From NCBI GenBank assembly GCA_951406725.2, contig OX597834.1:42594001-42658000 (forward strand): DNA of 64,000 nt. Direction: 5' to 3'. Shown one piece after another: positions 13,316-25,562 of this stretch (the first letter of the stretch is position 1; every line of letters begins with the position of its first letter). The notes beneath the pieces were generated by a model, which worked only from the letters and a program-made list of their open reading frames with translations, had not been told where the DNA came from and ran no database searches. A program made the position numbers and the translations under genes. The stretch comes from Octopus vulgaris. Taxonomy: Eukaryota.

Positions 13316-13473
13316 GGTGCGAATGCGAGGAGTGGTTTGGTAAGTGGCTTGCTTACCAACCATATGATTCCGGGTTCAGTGTGACACCTTGGACAAGTGT
13401 CTTCTACTATAGCCTCGGGCCGACCAGAGCCTTGTGAGTGAATTTGTTAGACGGAAAGTGAAAGAAGCCCGTC

Positions 13474-13474
<1 letters not shown>
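13316..13474 (+). mobile_element. SINE A 5' half ending in (TA)n
   Basis: GGAGTGGTTTGGTAAG...GGGTTCAG...CCTTGGACAAGTG...AAAGAAGCCCGTCG. Confidence 0.8.
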
Positions 13475-13527
<53 letters not shown>

Positions 13528-13528
<1 letters not shown>

Positions 13529-13640
13529 AATGTAAAAGACTTGTTTTATTTATATTTCCTGAGCGCCATACTAATACAATTGTTTGTTTGTTTCCCACCT
13601 GCCTTCGTCTTTTGTCTATTTTCATAAAGCTTCCCGTTAT
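13528..13640 (+). mobile_element. Fragment of the repeat family that carries the hammerhead at 63362 (putative Penelope-like terminus)
   Basis: GTAAAAGAC...TTCCTGAGCGCCATACTAATA...CACCTGCCTTCGTCTTTTGT matches 63391-63470. Confidence 0.6.
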
Positions 13641-13641
13641 A

Positions 13642-13751
13642 TGTAAATGTAATTTGTGACAATTATTCGGTAGCCATGATAAAACTCCGAGTTTCGGATG
13701 CTGAGTTGTTTTATGATGGCTACCGAATAATTGCCACAAATTACATTTACA
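13642..13751. repeat. 110-bp foldback, 44-bp arms
   Basis: Arms 13642-13685 and 13708-13751 are reverse complements with 2 mismatches. Confidence 0.95.
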
Positions 13752-13800
13752 GATAAATCCCTCTATTTACATAATATCGAGGTCCATTTCATTCTTTCGT

Positions 13801-13853
<53 letters not shown>

Positions 13854-14211
13854 AACGTAAGAACTTAGGTATTCGCTATTTAATATTCCACGATTCAAAG
13901 TGCGTCGCATAACTTTAGTTAACAAGTTGGAAAATATTAATTATTGCTCATTTGTTTCCGATGAAATGTCATGAACGACACAACATCACTATCTTCTACT
14001 CACCCTCGTAATAGCAGTCAAACCTTTTACAGATCAAAGTTTTAATAGCCAAAACATAAAAGCGTGTAATAACCCGACGTTTGCGTGTTTATTAATTGAA
14101 GGTGGTGCGTGCGTGTGAGGTTTACAGTTGTTTGATGGTGTTTGTGCGTGTGTGTTTATGTCTGAGTGTGTGTATGAGATAGTGTATGTGTATGTATATG
14201 ATCTCTAAAAG

Positions 14212-14413
14212 AGGCACAAGATCTGAAATTTTGTCGGGAGACAGTGAAGTCAGTTACATCGACCCCAGTGGTCATCTGGTACTTATTTTATTGACTCCGA
14301 AACGATGAAAGGCAAAGTCGACGTCGGTGGAATTTGAACTCAGAATATAAAGCGGACGAAATGTTGCTAAGCATTTTGTCCGACATACTAACGATTCTGC
14401 CAGCACACCACCT
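14212..14413 (-). mobile_element. SINE B
   Basis: GATGAAAGGCAAAGTCGAC..GGAATTTGAACTCAGAA..CTAACGATTCTGCCAGC. Confidence 0.85.
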
Positions 14414-14439
14414 TTGTGCCTCAAGCGATATATGACCGT

Positions 14440-14586
14440 TTTGTAAGAAGCTTGGGTCCGGGTTCATTCCCACTGCGTGGCACCTTGGGCAAGTGTCTTC
14501 TACTATAGCCTCGAGCTGACCAAAGCCTTGTGAGTGAATTTGGTAGACAGAAACTGAAAGAAGCCCGTCGTATCTCTCTCTCTCTG

Positions 14587-14669
<83 letters not shown>

Positions 14670-14835
14670 GCTTGTTCCCCACCATTGCTTGACAACCGAT
14701 GTTGGAGTGTTTACGTCCCCGTAAGCTAGCGGTTCGGCAAAAGTGACCGGAAGAATAAATACTAGGCTTACAAAGAATAAGTGCTGGGGTTGATTAGTTC
14801 GACTAAAGGTGATGCTCCAGCATGGCCGCTGTCAT
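14440..14835 (+). mobile_element. SINE A with internal (TC)n(TATC)n
   Basis: Matches 3028-3415 and 47267-47666. Confidence 0.9.
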
Positions 14836-14852
14836 ATGACTGAAACAAAAGA

Positions 14853-14897
<45 letters not shown>

Positions 14898-15053
14898 TAT
14901 AGATATATCGCTGTTTGTGTGTGTACACAAACACATACATTATATATGGCTAAACAGTTCTTTGACTGTTATTTCTAGCAACATTGGTGCTTCCTGCGTC
15001 CTTCCTTACTTTTTAGTCACGGTGAACCATTTCCTCTTTGGTTTTGAAAGTGT

Positions 15054-15084
<31 letters not shown>

Positions 15085-15107
15085 AGCACTATGCCTGTGT
15101 TTATACA

Positions 15108-15144
<37 letters not shown>

Positions 15145-15293
15145 TTGTTTATTGCCCACAAGGGGCTAAACATAGAGGGGACAAACAAGGACAGACAAAG
15201 AGATTAAGTCGATTTCATCAACCCCAGTGCAAAATTGGCACTTTATTTATCGACCCCGAAAGGATGAAAAGCAAAGTCGAGCTCGGCGGAACT

Positions 15294-15295
<2 letters not shown>
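15145..15295 (-). mobile_element. SINE B 3' part
   Basis: GCCCACAAGGGGCTAAACA...GACCCCGAAAGGATGAAAAGCAAAGTCGA. Confidence 0.85.
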
Positions 15296-15357
<62 letters not shown>

Positions 15358-15364
15358 TGTTCTT

Positions 15365-15414
<50 letters not shown>

Positions 15415-16120
15415 CGCTATGTTTGTGTTTGTATACATGTATATAAGGTTGGTATAGTTTGTCTGATGTAGATAAATGGTTTTAACTTAGTTTTAAGTCA
15501 AAACAATGCATGTTGTAAGAAATAAAAGTCGTTGGCTGGCACAAGTCAAAAAATGGTATAAAAAAAAAGGAAAAATCCCATCCATGTACACACATATATA
15601 TATATATTACACACACACACATGCATACGTATACACATAGGCGCTATCAACTATGTGTTGTGTATGTGTGCTCGCGCGTCGAGCACGTATTTTCTCCTGC
15701 GTCTGTTTAGCGGGAAATTTGAGAAAACATCGCTATGTAATCAGTCATCTTGCGCACGTGTATGTAAATCTACATATCATGTCGTGAATAGACTGCGTTA
15801 CAAGCCTAATAGAGTCTCTGACATGTGTACTTTATATCATAACATTGTGACTGTCTGGCTGTCTGTCGTCTGTAAATGGATTTTTAATCTGCCTGCTTTC
15901 TTCTTTCCGTCTGTTTGTGTCTGTCTTTCTGTCCCTTTCTCACCTAGCTGGCACGATTTCTATCCCTCCCTGCCTCCTGGTTGTGTTTGCTATACACTTG
16001 TAGGCAGGTAAATACATGGATAAATAATTATATATATATATATATTTATACGTATTTGTTTTTGCAAGATTCCTGATGCGAAATCGTGTTTTGAAACAGA
16101 TACTATTATTTCGGGATGGT

Positions 16121-16720
16121 AAGGCGGTGAGCTGGCAGAATCGTTAGCATGCCTGACGAGATGCTTAGCGGTATTTCGTCTGCTGCTACGTTCTGAGTTC
16201 GAATTCCGCCGAGGTCGACTTTGCCTTTCATTCTTTCGGGGTCGATTAAATAAATACCAGTTACACACTGGGGTCGATATAATCGACTTAATCCGTTTGT
16301 CTGTCCTTGTTTGCCCTCTCTGTGTTTAGCCCCTTGTGGGTAGTAAAGAAATAGGTATTTCGCCCGTCGCTACGTTCTGAGTTCAAATTTCGCCGAGGTC
16401 GACTTTGCCTTTCATCCTTTCGGGGTCGATAAAATAAGTACCAGTTGCATACTAGGGTCGATGTAATCGGCTGGCCCCCTGTCCCCAAATTTCGGGCCTT
16501 GTTCTCAGATTAGGAAAGAATCGTTATCGCGCCTGACGAAATGCTTAGCGGTATTTTGCCCGTCGCTATGTTCTGAGTTCAAACTCCACCGAGGTCGACT
16601 TTGCTTTTTATCCATTCGGGGTCGATAAAATAAGTACCAGTTACGTACTGGGTTCGATGTAATCGACTCGTCCCCCCTCCCAAATTGCTGCCCTTGTGGT
16701 GAAATTTGAGATCATTATTT
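16121..16720 (+). mobile_element. Three head-to-tail SINE B units with different tails
   Basis: B-box/core repeated at ~16195, ~16380, ~16575; full head only on first unit. Confidence 0.9.
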
Positions 16721-17027
16721 TGGAATAGTTTTTGTTTCCAAATAAACACTCGCACTGTACATTCGTTCTTCAATTCAGCTTTATCATCGTTCTCATTTTA
16801 GTGTCCTTTATCTTAAATCTTTCGTCACACATCCTGTAACCTCTTCAGCGATTATTCACCCCGCCTCCGCCCCAGTCCTGAACAGTCGCCGAACAAATTC
16901 CACCGAGGTTGACTTTGCCTTTCATCATCTCAGAGTCGATAAAATAATTACCGTTGGTCCCTGTGGTCAAAGTAACAGACTAGGCCCCACCTCCGAAATT
17001 GCTGGCTTTGTGACAAAATTATATTTA

Positions 17028-17142
17028 TACTCTTTTACTTGTTTCGGTCATTTGACTTTGGCCATGCTAGAGCACCGCCTTTAGTCGAGCAAATCGACCC
17101 CAGAACTTATTGTTTGTAAGCCTAGTACTTATTCTATCGGTC
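17028..17142 (-). mobile_element. 5'-truncated SINE A tail abutting the tRNA terminator
   Basis: Minus strand GACCGATAGAATAAGTACTAGGC...CATGGCCAAAGTCAAATGACCGAAACAAGTAAAAGAGTA. Confidence 0.85.
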
Positions 17143-17147
17143 AAAAA
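17143..17147 (-). terminator. RNA polymerase III terminator (T5) of tRNA-Leu
   Basis: TTTTT one nt after the discriminator base on the minus strand. Confidence 0.75.
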
Positions 17148-17148
17148 T

Positions 17149-17263
17149 TGTCAGAGGTGGGATTCGAACCCACGCCCACATTCGTGGACCAGAATACTCG
17201 ACGTTCTGGTTAAGATAACATGTACCTTGAGTCTGGCGCCTTAGACCGCTCGGACATCCTGAC
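17149..17263 (-). tRNA. tRNA-Leu-CAA: tRNA-Leu(CAA) with 31-nt intron (17195-17225); possibly a pseudogene
   Basis: GTCAGGATGTCCGAGCGGTCTAAGGCGCCAGACTCAAG[intron]TTCTGGTCCACGAATGTGGGCGTGGGTTCGAATCCCACCTCTGACA; anticodon at 17227-17229, long variable arm CCAC/GTGG, A and B boxes; mismatches A7.C66 and U10.C25. Confidence 0.93.
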
Positions 17264-17682
17264 AATTAATTATATTTCGAATTAAATTTCTTCATGAGCA
17301 GTTTTGATTGTATTGAGTTGAGATCGTGTGTAACAAAGGGAAGATAAACACATTTCGCTTCAAAGCAAGAAAAAAATATAGCAAAGGAATCGCTGCTGAA
17401 GAGCGTATTCATGGCACTACGGGGAACAATGCTTATTTTTTCTTGAAATTTTCTTACGTTTTTGCCTTTTTGTGCAAACTTGTTGAGTTTGAAGATAATC
17501 AATGTCACTTTGTCCCTAAAGGAAGCCCTTTGGAACCACTTAAACTGTTGTGAGTTTACACTTAGGGAAAGATTTGAGCAACGAGAGAATATTACGGTTT
17601 TGCATTCTGCGGAACGCTTAGGGATTAGTTCGCAGCAGCTGGTGTGTTGTGGACAAGACATGAGTGGTATCTATCTTTTGAT

Positions 17683-17730
<48 letters not shown>

Positions 17731-17773
17731 TAATGTGTCCATCTGTTCTAATTTAATTAAATTCTATGTCTTT

Positions 17774-17865
17774 ATGCAGCTGAAGATTGCTCTGGATTTT
17801 AAATTAATGTAATTATTGCAGCATTGTTCAATTAAATGGAGTTGCATGAAACGATCGTACTGCAT
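17774..17865 (+). ncRNA. Type I hammerhead ribozyme motif with long helix II
   Basis: atgcag CTGAAGA [61-nt irregular hairpin] GAAAC gatc GTA ctgcat: perfect 6-bp helix I, invariant core intact, palindromic helix III ACGATCGT; predicted cleavage after 17859. Confidence 0.8.
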
Positions 17866-17903
17866 TACCTCTGGAAATCTTTATTGCCTCTTTTGATTAT
17901 ATA

Positions 17904-17953
<50 letters not shown>

Positions 17954-18021
17954 GTTAAATAAAATGAGACAACAAAGCCAATGCAGTGTGAAATTTCTAT
18001 CACATTTATAAAGAGAAAGTT

Positions 18022-18071
18022 AGTTTAACAGCTGTTTCAGGGTTATGAAGGATATCCCATCATCAGAGACG
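18022..18071 (-). ncRNA. Hammerhead motif, helix I decayed
   Basis: Minus strand cgtct CTGATGA tgggatatccttcataaccct GAAAC agct GTT aaact; palindromic ACAGCTGT. Confidence 0.55.
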
Positions 18072-18234
18072 ATATGAGAGAGTTAAATAGGAAACAGTAG
18101 AGTTCAGTATAAGAAGTTAGTCTGGAAAGGGAGAGATATAGGAAGTATAGAGAGACAATAAAAATATGTTGGATGTTGCAGTTCGAGTCTTATGTATACC
18201 AAAACCTCCCATATATCTGGTATATATATCATCT

Positions 18235-18638
18235 CTTTCAGTCATAGGACTATGGCCATGCTGGAGCACTTCTTTTGAGCATCTGGTGAAACAAATCGTG
18301 CCCCAGGACTTTATTTTATTTTATGTCTGTTACTTATTCTGTCGGTCTCTTTTGCCGAACCGCTAAGTTATGGGGATGTAAACAAGCCAGCATCGTAAAC
18401 ACACCATGTGGGGGGGGGGGCGGCAAACACAGACACAGACATACACATATAAATATATATATATACACATACATATATATGACGGGCTTCTTTCAGTTTC
18501 CGTCTACCAAATCCACTCACAAGTCTTTGTTCGACCTGAGGCTAAAGAAGACACTTACCCAAGGTGCCACGCAGTGGGTCTGAACCCGGAACCATGTGGT
18601 CGGTAAGCAAGCTACTGACCACACAGCCACTCTTGCAC
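18235..18638 (-). mobile_element. SINE A
   Basis: Reverse complement of family A head, core and tail. Confidence 0.85.
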
Positions 18639-18729
18639 CATTGATCATTTTGTCGAAACATTAACTTACGGGAATGTAAACGAAGCAGTACCGGTTATCA
18701 AACGGATTGCAGTTGGCGGGGATAAACCC

Positions 18730-18985
18730 AAACACGTACACACACACACACAAACAAACACACACACACACACACACATAGCCACACACACACACAAACA
18801 AACACACACACACACACACATAGCCACACACACACACATACACACACACACTCACACACACACACACACACACGTACACAAACGCATGCACGTGTGTGTA
18901 TGTGTGTGTGTGTGTGTATGTGTGTGTGAGTGTGTGTGTGTATGTGTGTGTGAGTGTGTGTGTGTATGTGTGTGTGTGTGGCTAT
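18730..18985. repeat. (CA)n followed by (TG)n, forming an imperfect inverted microsatellite
   Basis: Direct reading; centre around ACGCATGCACGT (~18882-18893). Confidence 0.8.
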
Positions 18986-19127
18986 GTGTGCACGTGAACA
19001 TTATTTGTATATGTGAGAGCGTGTAAACACGTGTTTACGGACAACTGCATGCCTGCCTGTCTGCCTGCATTGTTTACGTCATTCAATTTGTTTCGCACGC
19101 GAGACACAGACCAAAGTACATACATAC

Positions 19128-19179
<52 letters not shown>

Positions 19180-19684
19180 CGTGTGTGTGTGCATGTGTCT
19201 CTTATATCAAGGTTTGTTTGAGGAATGTATACGGAACATCCACATGGACGTGTGTGGTTACGTGCATTTGTGAATGTGTGTGTGTGTGTGTGTCTATTTT
19301 TTATTGAATCATTGTAGTGGTTATATATATGTCTGTGTGTGTCTGTGTATGTTGTAGAGATATCGTGTTTGCCTGACTGCGCCTATTTGGAAGGGGACAG
19401 GTGAAGGGATAACGCGTATTTTATTTCGTGTATTTCGTTTATCTCTTGTATAACTGGAATGTGTGTGTATGAGAGAGAGAGAGAGAGAGGAGGAGAGAGA
19501 AAGAAAGAGAGGGGGGCGTGCATTAGTATATTCTCGTGTGCGCGAATGCATGTTTGTGCGTGCGTGTGTGAGTGTGATGTTGAAAGAGTGTTTTTCCCTT
19601 GGCGTATTATCGTCCACATTTTTCGACGCAGCATTATACGAAATGTGCCGGTTCACTACCAGTGCGAGGACACACACACACTCA

Positions 19685-19723
<39 letters not shown>

Positions 19724-19812
19724 ACACACTCACACTCACTCACACACACACTCTCACACACACACGCACATGCACGTTGTAAACTACGAACTACTTGTTG
19801 AGAATCTGAACA

Positions 19813-20187
19813 TGGCGTAGGAGTGGCTGTGTGGTAAGTAGCTTGCTTACGAACCACATGGTTCCGGGTTCAGTCCCACTGCGTGGCACCTTGGGCAAGT
19901 GTCTTCTACTATAGCCTCGGGGCAACCATAGCCTTGTGAGTGGATTTGGTAGACGGAAACTCAAAGAAGCCCGTCATATATATGTGTATATATGTATGTG
20001 TGTGTATATGCTTGTGTGTTTGTCTCCCCAACATCGCTTGACAACCGTAGCTTAGCGGTTCGGCAAAAGACACCTATAGAATAAGTACTAGGCTTACAAA
20101 GTATAAGTCCTGGGGTCGATTTGCCCGACTAAAGGTGTTACTCCAGCATGGCCACCGTCAAATGACTGAAACAAGTAAAAGAGAGTA
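19813..20187 (+). mobile_element. Full-length SINE A
   Basis: GGCGTAGGAGTGGCTGTGTGGTAAG ... GTCAAATGACTGAAACAAGTAAAAGAG. Confidence 0.9.
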
Positions 20188-20592
20188 TGTCCAGCTTATA
20201 TAATGTCGCAAAAAAAAAAAGCACCGAAGCGAAAATACGTACATTATTAATTCATTAATTGCTAGAAAATAGAATGAAAAGTTAATGACAATTGTGGTGA
20301 GCCGTGAAACAAGTATATTCTGAATAAATATCGGTATTTGTGTGAAAAAAGCGAGCAACAAGAAGAATTTGTATTTATTTATAATACAATAAAATATGTC
20401 TTTAAGAAAGTTAAGATTAGAAGAGCTTTATAATAGTTTAAAGTAATTCGAAACGACACGTATTATCAATCAATAAAATTGTATGTATGTATGTAAACTG
20501 TGTATTAGGCACAATCAGAAGCAAGAATTGTGCATGCGCGAAATTAGAAATATAAAATGGCGTATATAAAATGTGTGTAAATATATATATAT

Positions 20593-21400
20593 GTGCACAG
20601 ATGGGGTTTGAGGGAAGACCAACTGTGTAGATTTTGTGGAGAAAGGGGCACTCTGTTACACATCTTGGCAGGGTACAAAATAGCACTTACTCAAGGCAGA
20701 TACAAATGGCGCAACGATAGGGTGCTTGCAATACTTGCTCGCACCCTGGAGAAGGAAAGGCGCAAGAAACATAATCACCAAGGGAAGGCGAGGGAAGGTT
20801 CGTGAAATAGGGAGAGAGGCCTGTTAAGTCAACAAAAACAAATAGATTGCTGCAAAGATCTCGACCATGGGATCAGAAAGTGGACTTAGGGGAGAGATTG
20901 CAGTTTGCCCAGAGTTTTCCATACAACCCTGTGGCCTGATATGAAGAGGCCAAGAAAATGATCATAATTGAATAAAAAATCCCGTGGGAAAAGAGGGTGC
21001 GATGAGACACATGAACGGATGGGGGCCAGATACGACAACCTTGTGCACAATTGCATGAAAGAAGGGATGGCAGGTATGGCTTATGCCAGTGGAATTCGGC
21101 TGTAGGGGATTCCCTGCCCAGTCGGAATTCTTAGAGCAATTGGAAATTGAGGTAAGGAGCGAAGGGTGGCTAGGCTGAGGATGGGATAGACAGATGAAAG
21201 AGCATTTTGCTGACTTGGGTTTAAGAGAGAAGCTAGCAGCCAAGATTAGTTCAAGAGAAGTGATTTAGTGAGCTTTGCTGACTCGTCAACTGGAGTGTGT
21301 TACGGTTCAGGGTCGAAACATACGTTGAACGATTCATAGCGTCTGAAGCATCAGTCCCTTCTCACGATCAAGGAAACATGCACTCTCGTGAATAGATAAA
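20593..21400 (+). mobile_element. Decayed 3' fragment of an RLE-type non-LTR retrotransposon (HERO/NeSL-like)
   Basis: WGLREDQLCRFCGERGTLLHILAG..ALTQGRYKWRNDRVL (CCHC knuckle plus RH-motif equivalent), then across frameshifts TTLWPD, KKMIIIE*KIPWE, RYDNL, WQVWLMPVEFGCRGFPAQS (PD-(D/E)xK endonuclease). Confidence 0.85.
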
Positions 21401-21424
21401 ACAACTCTTCACAGGTGTTATTCA

Positions 21425-23303
21425 AATATATATACATGTGAATATATATATATCATTGTATGTAATGTATGTATGTATGTATGTATGTATGCATGTAAGT
21501 AAGTATTTGACTGTATATGTAGTTATATATATGTACGTAAATATATGCATGTATATATACCTATACATATATAAACATGTATGGATGTGTGTATGTATGT
21601 CTGATGTATATATGTATGAACGTATATATATATGTATATATATATGAATATATACATATATGTATATATGTATGTATATATATATGTATGTATATATGTA
21701 TGTATATATATATGTATGTATATATGTATATATATATATCTGTATGTATATATGTATGTATATATATCTGTACGTATAAATGTATGTATGTATATGTATA
21801 TATATATATGTATTAATGTATGTGTATGTATGTATGCATGGATATATGTATACATATGTATATATATATGTATATATGAATGTGTATATATGTGTATATT
21901 TGTATGTGTATATATGTATGTGTATATATATATTTGTATATACATATATGTATATATATATATGTATGTATGTATATGTGTGTGTATATGTATGTATGTA
22001 TGTATGTATATGTGTGTGTATATGTATGTATGTATATGTGTGTGTATATGTATGTATGTATATGTATATGTATATATGTATATAAATATATAATTATGTG
22101 TATGTATATGTATGTATGTATATATATGTGTGTGTATATATATGTATATATGTGTGTATATATATATATGTATATATGTATATATATATGTATGTGTTTG
22201 TGTATATATATGTGTGTGTATATGTATGTATATATATGTTTAAATAAATATATATTTGTATATATTTATATGTATGTATGTATATATATGTAAATGTGTA
22301 TGTGTATATGCATGTATAAATGTATGTGTATATATGTGTGTGTATATGTATGCATGTATATGTGCGTGTGTGTATATATGTGTGTGTATATGTATGTACG
22401 TATATGTATGTATATATTTATGTATATTTATATGTATGTATATATGTATATATATGTATATATGTATGTATATTTATATGTATATATGTATATGTATACA
22501 TGCATATATATATATATATGTATATAAGTATGTATATATATGTATGTATGCATATATGTATCCATGTATAATGTATGCATATATATATATGTATATAAGT
22601 ATGTATATATATGTATGTATGCATATATGTATCCATGTATAATGTATGCATATATGTATATAAGTATGTATATATATGTATGTATGCATATATGTATCCA
22701 TGTATAATGTATGCATATATATATATGTATATAAGTATGTATATATATGTATGCATATATGCATCCATGTATAATGTATGCATATATATCTATGTATGTA
22801 TATATATATACATATGTATGTGTGTATGTGTATGTATATATCTATATATGTATATATATATGTATGTATATATATATGTATATATATATGTATATGTATA
22901 TATATTTCAAATAAACCCGGACAAAACTCCTTCAAACAGTCCCGGACAAACCACCCACACCCGTATAAGTCTCCGCAAACAATAACTCTCTGCTCAAATG
23001 GGCCTCGGTGCCCAAATCCTGAATTGAAAGACTTCGCCAGGTGGTGCTATTAGATTAGACATGGCCTGGGCCAATACTGGCCAAAACCTTTCTAAGTTAC
23101 ATATGTATACATATATATGTATATATATATATCTATATGTGTATATGTATATATGTATATGTATATATATATGTATATATATATGTATATATATATGTGT
23201 ATATGTATATATGTATATGTATATATATATGTGTATATGTATATATGTATATGTATATATATATGTGTATATGTATATATGTATATGTATATATATATAT
23301 GTG

Positions 23304-23338
<35 letters not shown>

Positions 23339-23425
23339 GTATATATGTATATATGTATATATATATATATGTATATATGTATATATGTATATATATATAT
23401 ATGTATATATATATATGTATATATG

Positions 23426-23518
<93 letters not shown>

Positions 23519-25140
23519 GTATATATGTATATATATATATGTATATATGTATATATATTGTATATATGTATGTATATATGTATATGTATAGTGTATATAT
23601 GTATATATGTATATATGTATATGTATAGTGTATATATGTATATATGTATATGTATAGTGTATATATGTATATATATATGTATATATATATATGTATATAT
23701 GTATATGTATATATATGTATATATGTATATATATGTATATGTATATATATATGTGTATATGTATATGTATATGTATGTATATATATATATATGTATATAT
23801 GTATACATATATATGTATACATATATATATGTGTATGTATATATATATGTATATGTGTATGTATATATATATGTATATATGTATACATATATATGTATAT
23901 ATGTGTATATATGTATATATGTGTTTGTATATATATATGTATACATATATATGTGTATGTATATATATATGTATATATGTATACATATATATGTATATAT
24001 GTGTATATATGTATATATGTGTTTGTATATATATATGTATACATATATGTGTATGTATATATATATGTATATATGTATACATATATATATGTATATATGT
24101 GTATGTATATATATATGTGTTTGTATATATATATGTATACATATATATGTGTATGTATATATATATGTGTATGTATATATATATGTATATATGTATATAT
24201 ATATATGTATATATATATGTATATATGTATATATATATATGTATATATGTATACATATATATGTATATATGTATACATATATATGTATATATGTATACAT
24301 ATATATGTATATATGTATACATATATATGTATATATGTATACATATATATGTATATATGTATACAAATATATGTATATATGTATACATATATATGTATAT
24401 ATGTATACATATATATGTATATATGTATATATGTATACATATATATGTATATATGTATACATATATATGTATATATGTATACATATATATGTATATATGT
24501 GTATGTATATATATATGTATATATGTATACATATATATGTATATATGTGTATGTATATATATATGTATATATGTATACATATATATGTATATATGTGTAT
24601 GTATATATATATGTGTATGTATATATATATATGTATATATGTATACATAAATATGTATATATGTGTATGTATATATATATGTATATATGTGTATGTATAT
24701 ATGTGTATGTATATATATATGTATATATGTGTATGTATATATGTATATATGTATATATGTGTATGTATATATGTATATATGTATACATATATGTGTATGT
24801 ATATATATATGTATATATGTGTATGTATATATGTATATATGTATACATATATGTGTATGTGTATATATATATGTATATATGTATACATATATGTGTATGT
24901 GTATATATATATGTATATATGTATACATATATGTGTATGTATATATATATATGTATATATGTATACATATATATGTGTATGTATATATATATATGTATAT
25001 ATGTATACATATATATGTATATGTATATATGTATACATATATATGTATATGTATATATGTATACATATATATGTATATATATTTATGTATATATATATAT
25101 ATATGTCTATGATATGCATATATATATAGGTTTATGATAT
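21425..25140. repeat. Very long compound (TA/TG)n microsatellite field
   Basis: Direct reading; source of the 500-700 aa spurious ORFs. Confidence 0.97.
22906..23100 (+). mobile_element. 3' end of a second CR1-group LINE, embedded in the microsatellite
   Basis: Frame [24 protein letters not shown] aligns by eye to FLLGVPDEP...AASNSLVDQ of the LINE at 33485; tail GGTGGTGC..CATGGCC..GGCCAatacTGGCC AAAAC. Confidence 0.7.
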
Positions 25141-25408
25141 GCATATATATTCTTGTATGTATCTGTTTCGGTGAGTATATATATATTTATATATATAAAT
25201 ATATATATATATCGACCTATATATCTATCCATACTTACATGTATATATATTTAAATATATCTGTGTGTATGGAGGTGAGCGTATAAACACCTGTTAGCAA
25301 TAGGATATTCCCCTCCGTTTATACATATATATATACACACATATATATATATATATATATACATACATATATGTATATATACATACATATACATACATAT
25401 ATATATAC

Positions 25409-25469
<61 letters not shown>

Positions 25470-25526
25470 CAAACATACATAGGAATTTCAATGTATAGAT
25501 GTGATGCATCTATATACATCTCCCTC

Positions 25527-25562
<36 letters not shown>

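Noticed and set aside
16121-16720. Repeat-spacer appearance resembling a CRISPR array
   Set aside because: Units are SINE bodies of ~170-235 bp in eukaryotic DNA with no cas genes.
20412-20477. Possible hammerhead TAGAAGA...GAAACGACACGTA followed by AATAAA
   Set aside because: Core C3U4 altered, helix III not palindromic, helix I poor; at most an old remnant.
21308-21360. Type II hammerhead-like order GAAAC..GTT..CTGAAGC in the HERO 3' region
   Set aside because: Core ends in GC, and helices I and II do not pair convincingly.
22994-25144. Long ORFs of 500-716 aa (and similar ones at 11922, 25997, 34540)
   Set aside because: Translations of (TA/TG)n repeats (Y/I/H/T/M/C/V only); no domain content.
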